A DNA stretch of 64,000 nucleotides, taken from NCBI GenBank assembly GCA_020850995.1, contig JADZDP010000177.1, forward strand, positions 4,712 to 68,711, written 5' to 3'. Position 1 is the first letter of the stretch, and every line of letters starts with the position of its first letter. Shown here in pieces: positions 1 through 11,138 of the stretch. This DNA comes from Deltaproteobacteria bacterium (GTDB taxonomy: Bacteria > Myxococcota > UBA727 > VGSZ01). The notes under the pieces were generated by a model, which was not told where the DNA came from, searched no databases, and saw only the letters and a program-made list of their open reading frames with translations. Both the position numbers and the translations under genes were made by a program.

Positions 1-561
1 GACCTGATCGTGCTTGGGCGCGCGATCGAGCAGGCGCTCCTCGCGGCACCAAGCGAATGGACGGCGAATCCGTCGGCAAACGAGCGGCTCCTCGCGGTCA
101 TCAACGGCGCTGTGGAGCGAGGCCGATCGGCGAAGGTCGCCGCCATCAGCAGCGGTGATCTGCTGCTGGCGATCGCGGAGCACGACCCGCAAGCGCAAGC
201 GCTGTTGCAGACCACGGGGTACTCGCATTCGATCTTGCTCTCGCTGCTCGCACACGGCAGCGAGGCCCCGCCGGCGCCCGACGCCAAGCTCCCCGCTGGG
301 GACACGCTCGAGGTCGTGGTCCACAACGACGACTACACGCCGCAGGACCTGGTGGTCGCGATCTTCGTCGACGAGCTCAACCTCGACCCGGCGCGCGCGC
401 ACGCGCTCATGCTCGAGGTCCACACCACGGGGCAGGCCACGGTCCTCAGCCTCCCGCGGGAGCAGGCGATCGAGCGCGCGCGGCGGGCCAGCCAGCGCGC
501 GCGCGCGGCGGGGGCCCCTTTGCGGATCACGCTGCGTGCAGCGGCGGAGGCACGGTCCTGA
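1..561 (+). CDS. clpS: ClpS adaptor-domain protein with N-terminal Clp-N-like repeat (5' end outside window)
   Basis: Frame 1 is open from nt 1 (the table ORF 10..561 starts at an internal GTG). The C-terminal half has the ClpS core (VVVHNDDYTPQDLVVAIFVDEL....AHALMLEVHTTGQATV). The preceding ~90 aa resemble repeat 2 of the ClpA/ClpB N-domain (ISSGDLLLAIAEHDPQAQALLQTTGYSHSILLSLLAHG). Confidence 0.6.
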   Translation, partial: DLIVLGRAIEQALLAAPSEWTANPSANERLLAVINGAVERGRSAKVAAISSGDLLLAIAEHDPQAQALLQTTGYSHSILLSLLAHGSEAPPAPDAKLPAGDTLEVVVHNDDYTPQDLVVAIFVDELNLDPARAHALMLEVHTTGQATVLSLPREQAIERARRASQRARAAGAPLRITLRAAAEARS

Positions 562-602
562 CGCGGGAGCCCTCGACGGCGAGCTCCCGGCGATAGAACG
601 AG

Positions 603-840
603 CTACGCCCGCGCGGCGCGCTGCCAGGTGCGTCCGCCGGCAGCACCAGATCGTGCTGGAGCGCCGCCTCGAGCACAGCCCGCGTGCCCGGACACGTCAG
701 GATCTCAAGCGCCTCACGCACCTCCGCCGGCACCTCGTCGAGGCCGCGGGCGCTCTTCTCGGGCAAGAGCCCGCGCGTGATCCCGGCGCGGTGCGCGCCT
801 CCACTCACACTCGCGCCGTGACAGCAATCACTCGCGGCCT
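603..840 (-). pseudogene. Diverged duplicate of the lon 3' end (fragment, no Lon body upstream)
   Basis: Minus-strand ORF 527..850 reads AHRAGITRGLLPEKSARGLDEVPAEVREALEILTCPGTRAVLEAALQHDLVLPADAPGSAPRG. The last 63 aa of intact Lon read AHRAGVTRVLLPEKNARDLDEVPAEVREALEIVLCSDMRQVLEAALEHDVVPPTDAQGGAPRG. Nucleotide similarity to nt 3934-4150 is visible over about 200 bp (for example, ...cgcctcacgcacctccgccggcacctcgtcgagg... is shared). Confidence 0.55.
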
Positions 841-868
841 CGCTGCTCAAGGCGCCACGCTGTCACAA

Positions 869-2830
869 ATGACGAGCGCCAGGCACCTGGGGGCGGCGCG
901 TCGATCGCGCTCACCATTCCCACGAGGCTTGGGAGCTTGTCTCCTTGCGGCGCTGGCGCTGTCGTGCGAGCCCCCGGTTCCCGAGGAGCCACCCGAGGGC
1001 GACGGCGACTCGCCATCAGAGGGCGAGGGCGAAGGCGAAGCCGAAGGTGAAGGTGAAGGTGAAGGTGAAGGTGAAGGTGAAGGTGAAGGTGAAGGTGAAG
1101 GTGAAGGTGAAGGCGAAGCCGAAGGTGAAGGCGAAGCCGAAGGCGAAGGCGAAGGTGAAGGCGAGGGAGAGCCCGTCTGCGGTGATGCGCAGCTTGGCGC
1201 CTTGGAGAGCTGCGACGACGGCAACATCATCGGCGGCGACGGCTGCGATCCTCTCTGCAGCGTTGAACCCGACTTCGAGTGCGACACGCCAGATGGCCCA
1301 TCCATCTGTGGGCTTCGGAACCAGACCCTCGGCTGGTTGGCGCGAGGCGCGACCATGGATGTCGTTGACGACGTGCCCGTGCCCCTGCGACGTGCCTACC
1401 GGGTGCTGCTACACGAGCCTGCCCTGGTACATGTCGAGGCCAGCGCCGTCGGCGCCGTGTCGGTGGCGCTCTTCGACAGCGGCGGCACCATGGTGGCCGG
1501 CGCTGGCAACGACCTCGCGGTCGATGTGGTCCTCGGTGCGCCATCCTTTGACCTGGTGGTGCGCGCGCCCACGGACGATGACGCGCAGGCGACCGGCGTC
1601 GTGCTGCATCTCGAGGCGTCGCGGCCGCCGGTCTGTGGCGACGGTTTCATCGACGCGGACGAGGAGTGCGACGACGGCAGCCTCGCGGGCTACGACGGGT
1701 GCGCAGCCTGCCGCGTCGAAGCGCTGTTCACCTGCAGCGGCGAGCCCTCGGTGTGTGTGCCACCGGTCGTCGACCTTGGCACCTTGGTCGCCGAGAGCAG
1801 TGTGCAGTACAACGACGTCCAAGGGCTCACCGCCGGGGAGCAGCGCATCTACCGCCTGCAGGCCCCCTGGGATTGCTTCGCGGTGAGCGTGGCGTCCATC
1901 GGCGGTGACGCCACCGTGCAGCTCCTCGACGTCTCGCCCGTGCCGGACGCGTCGATCACCACCTCGAGCAGCGGCGCGTTCTTCGTGTGCTACCACCGTG
2001 TCGGCACGCTCTTCGTCATCGTCACCGCCACCAGCACTGTCACCTCCCTCGCTGTTGAGGTGGAGAGCGAGCTGTGCGGCAACGGCTGGCTCGAGCGGAT
2101 CGAGGAGTGCGACGACGGCAACGAGGTGGCCGGGGATGGTTGCTCTGGCTGTCGCGTCGACTGGCTCTGGCGATGCGATACTGCGGAACCGTCGGCGTGC
2201 AGGCAACCGGAGGATCTCGGCGGCCTCGGCATCGGCGAGACCCTGGTCATCGATGAGCCCTTGGTGGTCGACGGGCCGCTGTACATCTGGCGTTTTGAAG
2301 AGATGTGGCGCTTCTCGCTTGCTGCGCCTGCGCGCGTCACGGTGACGGGAACGGCCAGCGGTGGCCCCTGGCTCCCCGGCTTCCTGACCCAGTACCGCGA
2401 CGGGACGTCCTCAGCACCGCTCACCTTTGCCGCCTTCGATGGCGTCGACAGCTACGCGGGCATCGCGGTGTACGGCGACACCACCGACGTTCATCTCGAG
2501 GTGAGCGCCGACGCGCTCGATGCCGATCTGGGCTCGCTAGCAGTGGGCCAGAGCACGGCACCGCTCGTGGAGCCAAGCGCGCTCGCGCCGGGCGAGGCGC
2601 GCTACTACCTGCTGCACGTCGTGGAAGCGGCCACGGTCACGGTGAGCGCAGCGACACCCGTGGGCACGCCGCTCATGGCCGCTTACGGTGACTCGGGGGA
2701 TTGGAGCGAGTGGCTGGGCGACACCGAGAGCTTCACCTTTGGTCCCGGGAGGCTGATTGTGCGTGTGGCGGCATTTGACAGCGCCTTGAGCGCGGGCTTC
2801 GAGCTCGTCGTCAGCGCGGGGCCACCGTAG
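869..2830 (+). CDS. Secreted lipoprotein with (EG)n acidic linker and three Myxococcus cysteine-rich repeats, each followed by a beta-rich module
   Basis: ATG at 869 in frame with table ORF 14..2830. Signal peptide and lipobox (LAALALSC). Then EGEGEGE... low complexity. Three copies of C-G-D-x(8-10)-E-C-D-D-G-N/S-x(3-4)-G-D-G-C (CGDAQLGALESCDDGNIIGGDGC, CGDGFIDADEECDDGSLAGYDGC, CGNGWLERIEECDDGNEVAGDGC). The 5' 850 nt of the table ORF is an R-rich frame shadow. Confidence 0.7.
   Translation: MTSARHLGAARRSRSPFPRGLGACLLAALALSCEPPVPEEPPEGDGDSPSEGEGEGEAEGEGEGEGEGEGEGEGEGEGEGEGEAEGEGEAEGEGEGEGEGEPVCGDAQLGALESCDDGNIIGGDGCDPLCSVEPDFECDTPDGPSICGLRNQTLGWLARGATMDVVDDVPVPLRRAYRVLLHEPALVHVEASAVGAVSVALFDSGGTMVAGAGNDLAVDVVLGAPSFDLVVRAPTDDDAQATGVVLHLEASRPPVCGDGFIDADEECDDGSLAGYDGCAACRVEALFTCSGEPSVCVPPVVDLGTLVAESSVQYNDVQGLTAGEQRIYRLQAPWDCFAVSVASIGGDATVQLLDVSPVPDASITTSSSGAFFVCYHRVGTLFVIVTATSTVTSLAVEVESELCGNGWLERIEECDDGNEVAGDGCSGCRVDWLWRCDTAEPSACRQPEDLGGLGIGETLVIDEPLVVDGPLYIWRFEEMWRFSLAAPARVTVTGTASGGPWLPGFLTQYRDGTSSAPLTFAAFDGVDSYAGIAVYGDTTDVHLEVSADALDADLGSLAVGQSTAPLVEPSALAPGEARYYLLHVVEAATVTVSAATPVGTPLMAAYGDSGDWSEWLGDTESFTFGPGRLIVRVAAFDSALSAGFELVVSAGPP
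1018..1170 (+). repeat. GAAGGN hexanucleotide tandem array encoding the (EG)n linker of the lipoprotein
   Basis: Direct reading: ggtgaaggtgaaggtgaaggtgaa... about 25 units. It is coding low complexity, not an intergenic VNTR. Confidence 0.8.
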
Positions 2831-2865
2831 CTGTCTCGTCCTGTTCGACTCGCTCGCCTGTCATC

Positions 2866-3816
2866 GTGGCAACCAAAACACTCTTTCACATGGACGTTGG
2901 CTCGGCTGAGTACCAGTCGTGTCGAGGCCAAGCGCACGTTCGCGCAGCCATCGAGGAGGCGTTCGCGGCCTATGCACCAATCGCCGACGTGGACTACGTC
3001 GACGCGTTTCGGACGCGGACAACGCAGCGGCTCTGGGAGCTCTTCACCTTTCACGTCCTGCGACGAGACGGGAAAGATCCAGCGTCACCGCGGCGGCACA
3101 CCGTTGACGACCGCGTCGTCGAGGGCGGCCCGGACTTCCTGCTCCAGGGCTCGCCCCGCGTGTGGGTGGAGTGCGTCGCTTCGGGTCCGGGTGAGGGCGA
3201 GAACCGCGTCGCGCCGATGCCCGATGGTTTCGGCACCTACGCGGTCGTGGACCCGAAGGCGGACCTGCGATTGGTGACCTCGGTGGATGAGAAGCGAAAG
3301 AAGTTCGACGGGTACCGCTCGCGGGGCATCGTGCAGGACGGCGACGTCAACGTCGTCGCCCTGCATGCGCGCGACGTGCACCCGTTCGTCGACGCGTCGG
3401 CAGAGCTCGGTGTCCCGGTGTACGTACGCATGCTCTACGGGCTCGGCGCCTACTACGAGAGGGTCGTCCCGGTTGGCGACGGCAGCGTCATCTTCCCGGG
3501 CGCCGAGTGGGAACGCCGCATTGTGGTCGAGAAGCGGCGTGACGAGCACGGTGTCATCGAGGTGGGCACTGCGCTGTTCTTCGAAGAGCGCTACGCGCAG
3601 GTCTCGGCGCTGATCGGTGGAATGCCGGGCGCGCGAGCGTTCCTCGACGACGACGAGCTTCGCGGCAGGGGTCTCGTCATCGTGCATAACCCGCGTGCCA
3701 AGGCGCCGCTGCCGCGCGGCTTCTTCGGCTTCGGCGCGGAGTACTGGGTCGAAGGCTGGGACGGCACGCGCGGTACACTCGCTGTCCGTGAGGCAACGAG
3801 GGACGCGCCGCGCTGA
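2866..3816 (+). CDS. Hypothetical protein (no recognisable domain)
   Basis: 316-aa ORF with normal amino acid composition and GC3-rich codon usage. The exact start is uncertain (M at 2866 or the internal M at 2888). Confidence 0.5.
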   Translation: MATKTLFHMDVGSAEYQSCRGQAHVRAAIEEAFAAYAPIADVDYVDAFRTRTTQRLWELFTFHVLRRDGKDPASPRRHTVDDRVVEGGPDFLLQGSPRVWVECVASGPGEGENRVAPMPDGFGTYAVVDPKADLRLVTSVDEKRKKFDGYRSRGIVQDGDVNVVALHARDVHPFVDASAELGVPVYVRMLYGLGAYYERVVPVGDGSVIFPGAEWERRIVVEKRRDEHGVIEVGTALFFEERYAQVSALIGGMPGARAFLDDDELRGRGLVIVHNPRAKAPLPRGFFGFGAEYWVEGWDGTRGTLAVREATRDAPR

Positions 3817-3933
3817 GGGATCACTAGGAATCGAACGTCGTGATCGCGAGCCGCGCCGCTGCCACGACAGCCACAGGGTTCGAGCCGTCCGACCGAAAAG
3901 CAGCGCCGGCACCGTGACGCCGCCAGCGCCCCC

Positions 3934-6294
<2,361 letters not shown>

Positions 6295-6668
6295 GGTCGG
6301 CTCCAGCTCGCGTCGCTCGTCGCTGACGCGGGGTTTCTCCCACGGCGGGAGAGTGCGGCACAGCGCGCGCACCAAGGGAGCGTAGGAACCGGCCCGCGCC
6401 GGACAAGGGCAGGCCCGCCGCGCGGACCGCCGCGGGGGCGCGCGCTCAGCGCTCGGCGGCCTCGAGCGCGACGCTCTCCGACTGCAACCACAAGCTGCCC
6501 AGCGCCCACGTCGAGAACGCCACGGTGGCCAGGGCGAGCACGAGGGGCTTCCAGAACGAGGGCACGGGGGCGGCGGGGGATGTGGGGGCGGTCTGCACCG
6601 GCGGTCTCCTGATGGCGTCGGGCAACGCTACGTGGAGACGGGGTCCGACCGCAAAATTTCCTTCCCGC

Positions 6669-8990
6669 ATGCCAAGCTCCGGCCGCGTGGGCCACAACGG
6701 CGCAGATCGAACCGAGGTCTTGGGCGGCGGCGACCCCAAGCGGCAGCCCCGGCTCGGCCGCTATCGCCTGGAGCGGCGCATCGGCCAGGGGGGCATGGCC
6801 GAGGTGTTCCTGGCGCGCGCCGAGGGCCCCGGCGGCTTCGAGAAGCAGGTCGTCATCAAGCGCATCCGACCGCAGCTCGTGAAGAACGAGCGCTTCGTCG
6901 AGATGTTCCTGCGCGAGGGTCGCCTGTTGGCGGGCCTCGATCACCCGAACATCGTGCGCGTCTTCGAGCTCGACGAGGCCGAGGGCGAGTACTTCCTGGC
7001 GCTCGAGTACTTGGACGGCCTGTCGCTGCGCGAGCTGATGGAGCGCTACTGGTTCGCCGGCAGGACCGTGCCGCTCGAGCCGGTGCTGCGCGTCTTCTCC
7101 GAGGCCGCGCTCGGCTTGGCGCACGCCCACGGCCTCAAGGAGCCGGGCGGCGCCTCGGCCAACCTGGTGCACAGAGACGTCAGCCCCGACAACCTCTTCG
7201 TCACCTCCACCTCGATCACCAAGGTGCTCGACTTCGGCATCGCCAAGCGCGAGGGCCTCGACGTGCTCACCCAGACCGGGGAGCTCAAGGGCAAGATCCA
7301 GTTCATGTCGCCCGAGGCGCTGCGCGGCGACACCTTGGATGCGCGCACCGACCTGTGGTCCTTCGGCATCACCATGTACTGGGCGTGCGCGGGGCGGCGG
7401 CCCTTCGACGGCGTCACCGATGTGCACACCATCAAGGGCATCCTCGAGGATCCGCCGCCGCCCTTGCGGCAGTTCAACAGCAAGCTGCCGGTGGCGGTGG
7501 AGGACATCGTCGCCTCGTGCCTCGAGAAGGACCGCAGCAAGCGCGTCAAGAGCGCGGCGCAGCTGCACGACACGCTGAGCGCGCTGCTCCTGGACCTGCC
7601 GCGCGGCGCGCCCACGCCCGCCGAGCTGGTCGCGGCGGCTCGTGCGCTGCCCTCGGTAGAGCACGAGATCACGCCGCGCACGGCCGCCGTGGCGCCCACG
7701 GTGCAGTGGCCCGATCGCACCATGCCGGTGGCGGTGGGCTCGTCGGGCGGTTCCTCGTCGATGATCGGGGCGCGCGGCAAGAACGCCCTGCCGCTGCCCG
7801 AGGGGACGGCGCTCGAGAGCGCCAAGGGCACCGAGGCCGCCACCAAGATCGGCCGCAAGTTCCAATCGAGCGTGCCGCCCACCGACAAGGTGCGGCCCAA
7901 GGTCGAGGCCGCCGAGGCGAGCGATGGGAGCGGCGAATTCGAGGGCGCCACCGACCTGGTGCCGGCCTCGTCCCTCCACACCACCGACGAGCACCGGCGC
8001 GTGATGGTGAGCACCGAGCACTCCGACGAGGCGCTCGGCACCACCGGCCCGCTGCGCTTGGAGGGCGACGGCGCCGTGCAGCAGGGCTTCCAGCCGCCCT
8101 CGGACCCCGTCATCGACGTCGAGCGCGAGCCGCGCTCCGGACCCAGGGCCGCGGCGCCCGCGGTGTCGCCGAGCGCGCCCACCATGCCGCACGTGGACCT
8201 CGCCGGCGTGGCGGCCGGCGCGCACGACATCCACGATCAGCACACCCAGGCGATGGTGGCGCTGCCGCAGTGGCCCGAGGCGGCCGAGGTCGAGATCCCC
8301 GCGGCGCGCCCGGCGCGCGTCGCGCCGGTGCTGGCCGGCATCGTCACGGCGCTGGCGATCGTGGTGGGCGCCTTGCACCTGAGCGGCATGCTCAATCGCG
8401 TCATCGATGGCCTGCTCGGGCGCGCGTACGCCGGCCTCGACGCCGGCACCGACCTGCCTGTCGACGCTGCGCACGAGGTCATCGCCGCGCCGGTCGACGC
8501 GGGCGCCGTCGTGGTGGACGGCGGCGGCGCGGCCCTCATCGACGCGGGCGCCGCGCCGGTCGTCGTCGACGCGGGCAGCGCCGCGCCCGCGGGGCGCACG
8601 CTCACCTTGATCGGCCCCGAGCACATCGAGTGGCTTGGGCCCACCGCCGAGCCCTTGGGCCTCGCGCGCGTGACGGTGCAGCTCGCGAGCGACGCCAAGG
8701 TCGTGTTTGCAAAAGACGCGCGCCGCGGCTGCACCACCCGCATCACCTTGGCGCCCGCGCAGCACACGGTCGACTACGCCCGCCTGCCCAAGGGGAAGAT
8801 CACGGTGCGCACGCGCCCGCCGGCCGAGGTGTTCCTCGGCGGCGAGCGGCTCGGGCGCACGCCGCTGCCGCCGCGAGAGCTGGTGGCCGGGCACTGCGAG
8901 CTACGCCTGGTGGCGCGCAAGAAGAGCAAGAAGGTGCCGGTCGAGGTGCGCGCCGGCAAGACCACCACGCTGACGCAAGACCTGCGCTGA
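6669..8990 (+). CDS. Ser/Thr protein kinase with C-terminal PEGA domain
   Basis: Kinase subdomains GQGGMAEVF, HRDVSPDNLFV, DFGIAK, SPE. The C-terminus has a PEGA-like module (RPPAEVFLGGERLGRTPL). The start was set to the ATG at 6669 (MPSSGR) to avoid overlapping the lon promoter; the table ORF begins at 6525. Confidence 0.75.
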   Translation: MPSSGRVGHNGADRTEVLGGGDPKRQPRLGRYRLERRIGQGGMAEVFLARAEGPGGFEKQVVIKRIRPQLVKNERFVEMFLREGRLLAGLDHPNIVRVFELDEAEGEYFLALEYLDGLSLRELMERYWFAGRTVPLEPVLRVFSEAALGLAHAHGLKEPGGASANLVHRDVSPDNLFVTSTSITKVLDFGIAKREGLDVLTQTGELKGKIQFMSPEALRGDTLDARTDLWSFGITMYWACAGRRPFDGVTDVHTIKGILEDPPPPLRQFNSKLPVAVEDIVASCLEKDRSKRVKSAAQLHDTLSALLLDLPRGAPTPAELVAAARALPSVEHEITPRTAAVAPTVQWPDRTMPVAVGSSGGSSSMIGARGKNALPLPEGTALESAKGTEAATKIGRKFQSSVPPTDKVRPKVEAAEASDGSGEFEGATDLVPASSLHTTDEHRRVMVSTEHSDEALGTTGPLRLEGDGAVQQGFQPPSDPVIDVEREPRSGPRAAAPAVSPSAPTMPHVDLAGVAAGAHDIHDQHTQAMVALPQWPEAAEVEIPAARPARVAPVLAGIVTALAIVVGALHLSGMLNRVIDGLLGRAYAGLDAGTDLPVDAAHEVIAAPVDAGAVVVDGGGAALIDAGAAPVVVDAGSAAPAGRTLTLIGPEHIEWLGPTAEPLGLARVTVQLASDAKVVFAKDARRGCTTRITLAPAQHTVDYARLPKGKITVRTRPPAEVFLGGERLGRTPLPPRELVAGHCELRLVARKKSKKVPVEVRAGKTTTLTQDLR

Positions 8991-9062
8991 CGCTGCCCGG
9001 AGCGCCGAGCGCCGTTGACCGGCGCGCGAAAACGCCCGATCTGCGGTCCAAGCGAGGTCCCC

Positions 9063-11129
9063 ATGACGCGCACCGTGGCTCCCTTCACCCTCCGGTTCTT
9101 GCTCCTCGTGGCCGCGCTCGTCGCGGTGGCCGCCGCCTGCGGCGAGCCCTCGAAGGGTGACGCCAAGAAGGCGCCGAGCACGCCGGCCGTGGCGGCGCCG
9201 GGCCTCGACAAGGTCGCGCGCGTCGACTTCAACCGCCGCGCCGCCGAGCTGTTCTTGCCCTTGTTCTGGATCGAGGACAAGAACGGCAACAATGCCCTCG
9301 ACGTCGACGAGCTAGCGGTGTTGTGGGGCATCGGCCCGGCGCAGGCGGCGGACGCCTGGCTGAAGGATGGCGCCTTCACGAAGGCCTTCCTGGACGCCTA
9401 CGCGGCGATGCAGCAGCCGGCTGACACCGGGGCCGACGCCGCCGACCAGGCACGCCGCCAGGCCGTGCTCGACGAGCTCGGCCAGGGCCGCCCCACGCTC
9501 GTGCTCACCGACACCACGGGCTTCAGCGACAACGACAAGGCCATCGTCAAGTCCATCATCGAGGCGGCGCAGCTCATCGAGCAGATCTACGCCAAGCAGG
9601 TGGGCGTGGCAGAGCTGCGCACGACGGTGCCGAACGACGACAAGGCCTCGCAGATGTTGCTCCACCGCAACCAGACCACCGCCTGCGCGGCGCCGAAGAC
9701 CGAGAAGAACCCCGAGTGCTCGGCGGTGAAGTCCAAGCAGAAGCCGAGCTCGGGCCTGTACCCGGCCAAGCTGCAGGGGGCCGACGGCAAGTTCTGCGAG
9801 GTGCTCGAGAAGCGCAAAGACGCCGACAAGCTCTTGCACCAATTCGTCACGGTGACGGCGCGGGCGGGCGGCAAGAGCGAGGGCAACGCCGCCACCGACG
9901 AGCTCGAGCCCGTGCCCTACCACGTGGCCTACCAGGCCGAGATGGCGGCGGTGAGCGCCAAGCTCAAGGCCGCCGCCACCCACACGGGCGCCAGCGAAGC
10001 GCCCTTCGCCGCCTACCTGTTCGCCGCCGCCCAGGCCTTCCTCGACGACAAGTGGGGCCCGGCCGACGAGGCCTGGGCCAAGATGAACGCCGAGAACAGC
10101 AAGTGGTACCTGCGCATCGGCCCCGACGAGACCTACTTCGAGCCCTGCTCGCGCAAGGCGGGCTTCCACGTCTCGTTCGCGCGCATCAACCAAGACTCGC
10201 TCGCCTGGCAGAAGAAGCTCGAGCCCTTCAAGGCCGAGATGGAGGGCGCGCTCGCCGCGCTCGCCGGCCCGCCCTACAAGGCGCGCGAGGTCAGCTTCCA
10301 CCTGCCCGACTTCATCGACGTGGTGTTGAACGCCGGCGACTCGCGCGACGCGCTCGGCGGCACCATCGGCCAGTCGCTCCCCAACTGGGGCGCCGTGGCC
10401 AACGAGGGCCGCGGCCGCACGGTGGCCATGGTCAACCTCTACACCGACAAGGACAGCGAGGCGGCGTGGACCAGCCAGGCCTCTTCGCTGTTCTGCAAAG
10501 ACACCATGGCGGCCGCCAGCTTCGACCCGAAGCTCGCCGTCATGTCGACGGTGCTGCACGAGGCGGCGCACAACCTGGGCCCCGCCCACGAGTACAAGGT
10601 GGGCGGCAAGACCGACGATCAGATCTTCGGCGGGCCGATGGCCTCCATGCTCGAGGAGCTGAAGGCGCAGACCGCGGCGCTCTATTTCTCCGAGTGGCTC
10701 GTGAGAAAGGGCGCGGTGGACGCGCAGGCGGCGGCGGGCTCGCACCTGCGCGACGTCACCTGGGCCTTCGGCCACATCGCCGCCGGCATGTACAACGCCG
10801 AGGGCAAGATCAAGGCGTACAGCCAGCTCGCGGCCATCCAGATGGGCACGCTCTACAAGCAGGGCGCGCTCACCTGGAACCCCGAAGAGCTTGCCGCCAA
10901 CGGCAAGGACAAGGGCTGCGTGCGGGTCGACCTCGCCAAGTGGAAGCCCGCGGTGGACGAGCTCGCCAAGGTGGTGCTCGGCATCAAGGGGCGCGGCGAC
11001 AAGGCGCTGGCGGAGCAGACGCGCAAGGGCATCGTCGACGACGACCAGGAGTTCGCCAAGCTGCGCGAGCTCATCACCGAGCGCTGGCTGCGCACGCCCA
11101 AGGCCTCGTTCGTGTACGCCATTCGCTGA
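9063..11129 (+). CDS. Lipoprotein, putative gluzincin-type Zn metallopeptidase (HEXXH...E)
   Basis: Signal peptide plus lipobox (VAAAC). HEAAH motif (VLHEAAHNLG) with EEL 25 aa downstream. The family is not identified. Confidence 0.55.
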   Translation: MTRTVAPFTLRFLLLVAALVAVAAACGEPSKGDAKKAPSTPAVAAPGLDKVARVDFNRRAAELFLPLFWIEDKNGNNALDVDELAVLWGIGPAQAADAWLKDGAFTKAFLDAYAAMQQPADTGADAADQARRQAVLDELGQGRPTLVLTDTTGFSDNDKAIVKSIIEAAQLIEQIYAKQVGVAELRTTVPNDDKASQMLLHRNQTTACAAPKTEKNPECSAVKSKQKPSSGLYPAKLQGADGKFCEVLEKRKDADKLLHQFVTVTARAGGKSEGNAATDELEPVPYHVAYQAEMAAVSAKLKAAATHTGASEAPFAAYLFAAAQAFLDDKWGPADEAWAKMNAENSKWYLRIGPDETYFEPCSRKAGFHVSFARINQDSLAWQKKLEPFKAEMEGALAALAGPPYKAREVSFHLPDFIDVVLNAGDSRDALGGTIGQSLPNWGAVANEGRGRTVAMVNLYTDKDSEAAWTSQASSLFCKDTMAAASFDPKLAVMSTVLHEAAHNLGPAHEYKVGGKTDDQIFGGPMASMLEELKAQTAALYFSEWLVRKGAVDAQAAAGSHLRDVTWAFGHIAAGMYNAEGKIKAYSQLAAIQMGTLYKQGALTWNPEELAANGKDKGCVRVDLAKWKPAVDELAKVVLGIKGRGDKALAEQTRKGIVDDDQEFAKLRELITERWLRTPKASFVYAIR

Positions 11130-11138
11130 GCGCCGCGC

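Noticed and set aside
14-868. 5' 285 codons of the table ORF 14..2830 (Arg/Ser-rich)
   Set aside because: Overlaps the ClpS gene and the lon fragment in other frames. Composition (RRSSR...) is typical of an out-of-frame shadow in high-GC DNA. The real gene begins at ATG 869 with a signal peptide.
1018-1170. GAAGGT tandem repeats (also about 32540-32640, 45640-45790, 54720-54790) as possible CRISPR, VNTR or noncoding satellite
   Set aside because: The unit is 6 nt with no spacers, is in-frame, and encodes the (EG)n linkers of lipoproteins. It is coding low complexity, not a CRISPR array.
6632-9160. 842-aa alternative-frame ORF over the kinase gene; also the R-rich ORFs 9716..11284, 11298..12779, 13503..14729, 35284..37686, 39906..42035 and 56406..58256
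   Set aside because: Extreme Arg/Ala/Gly bias with no domain signatures. Each overlaps a well-supported gene in another frame.
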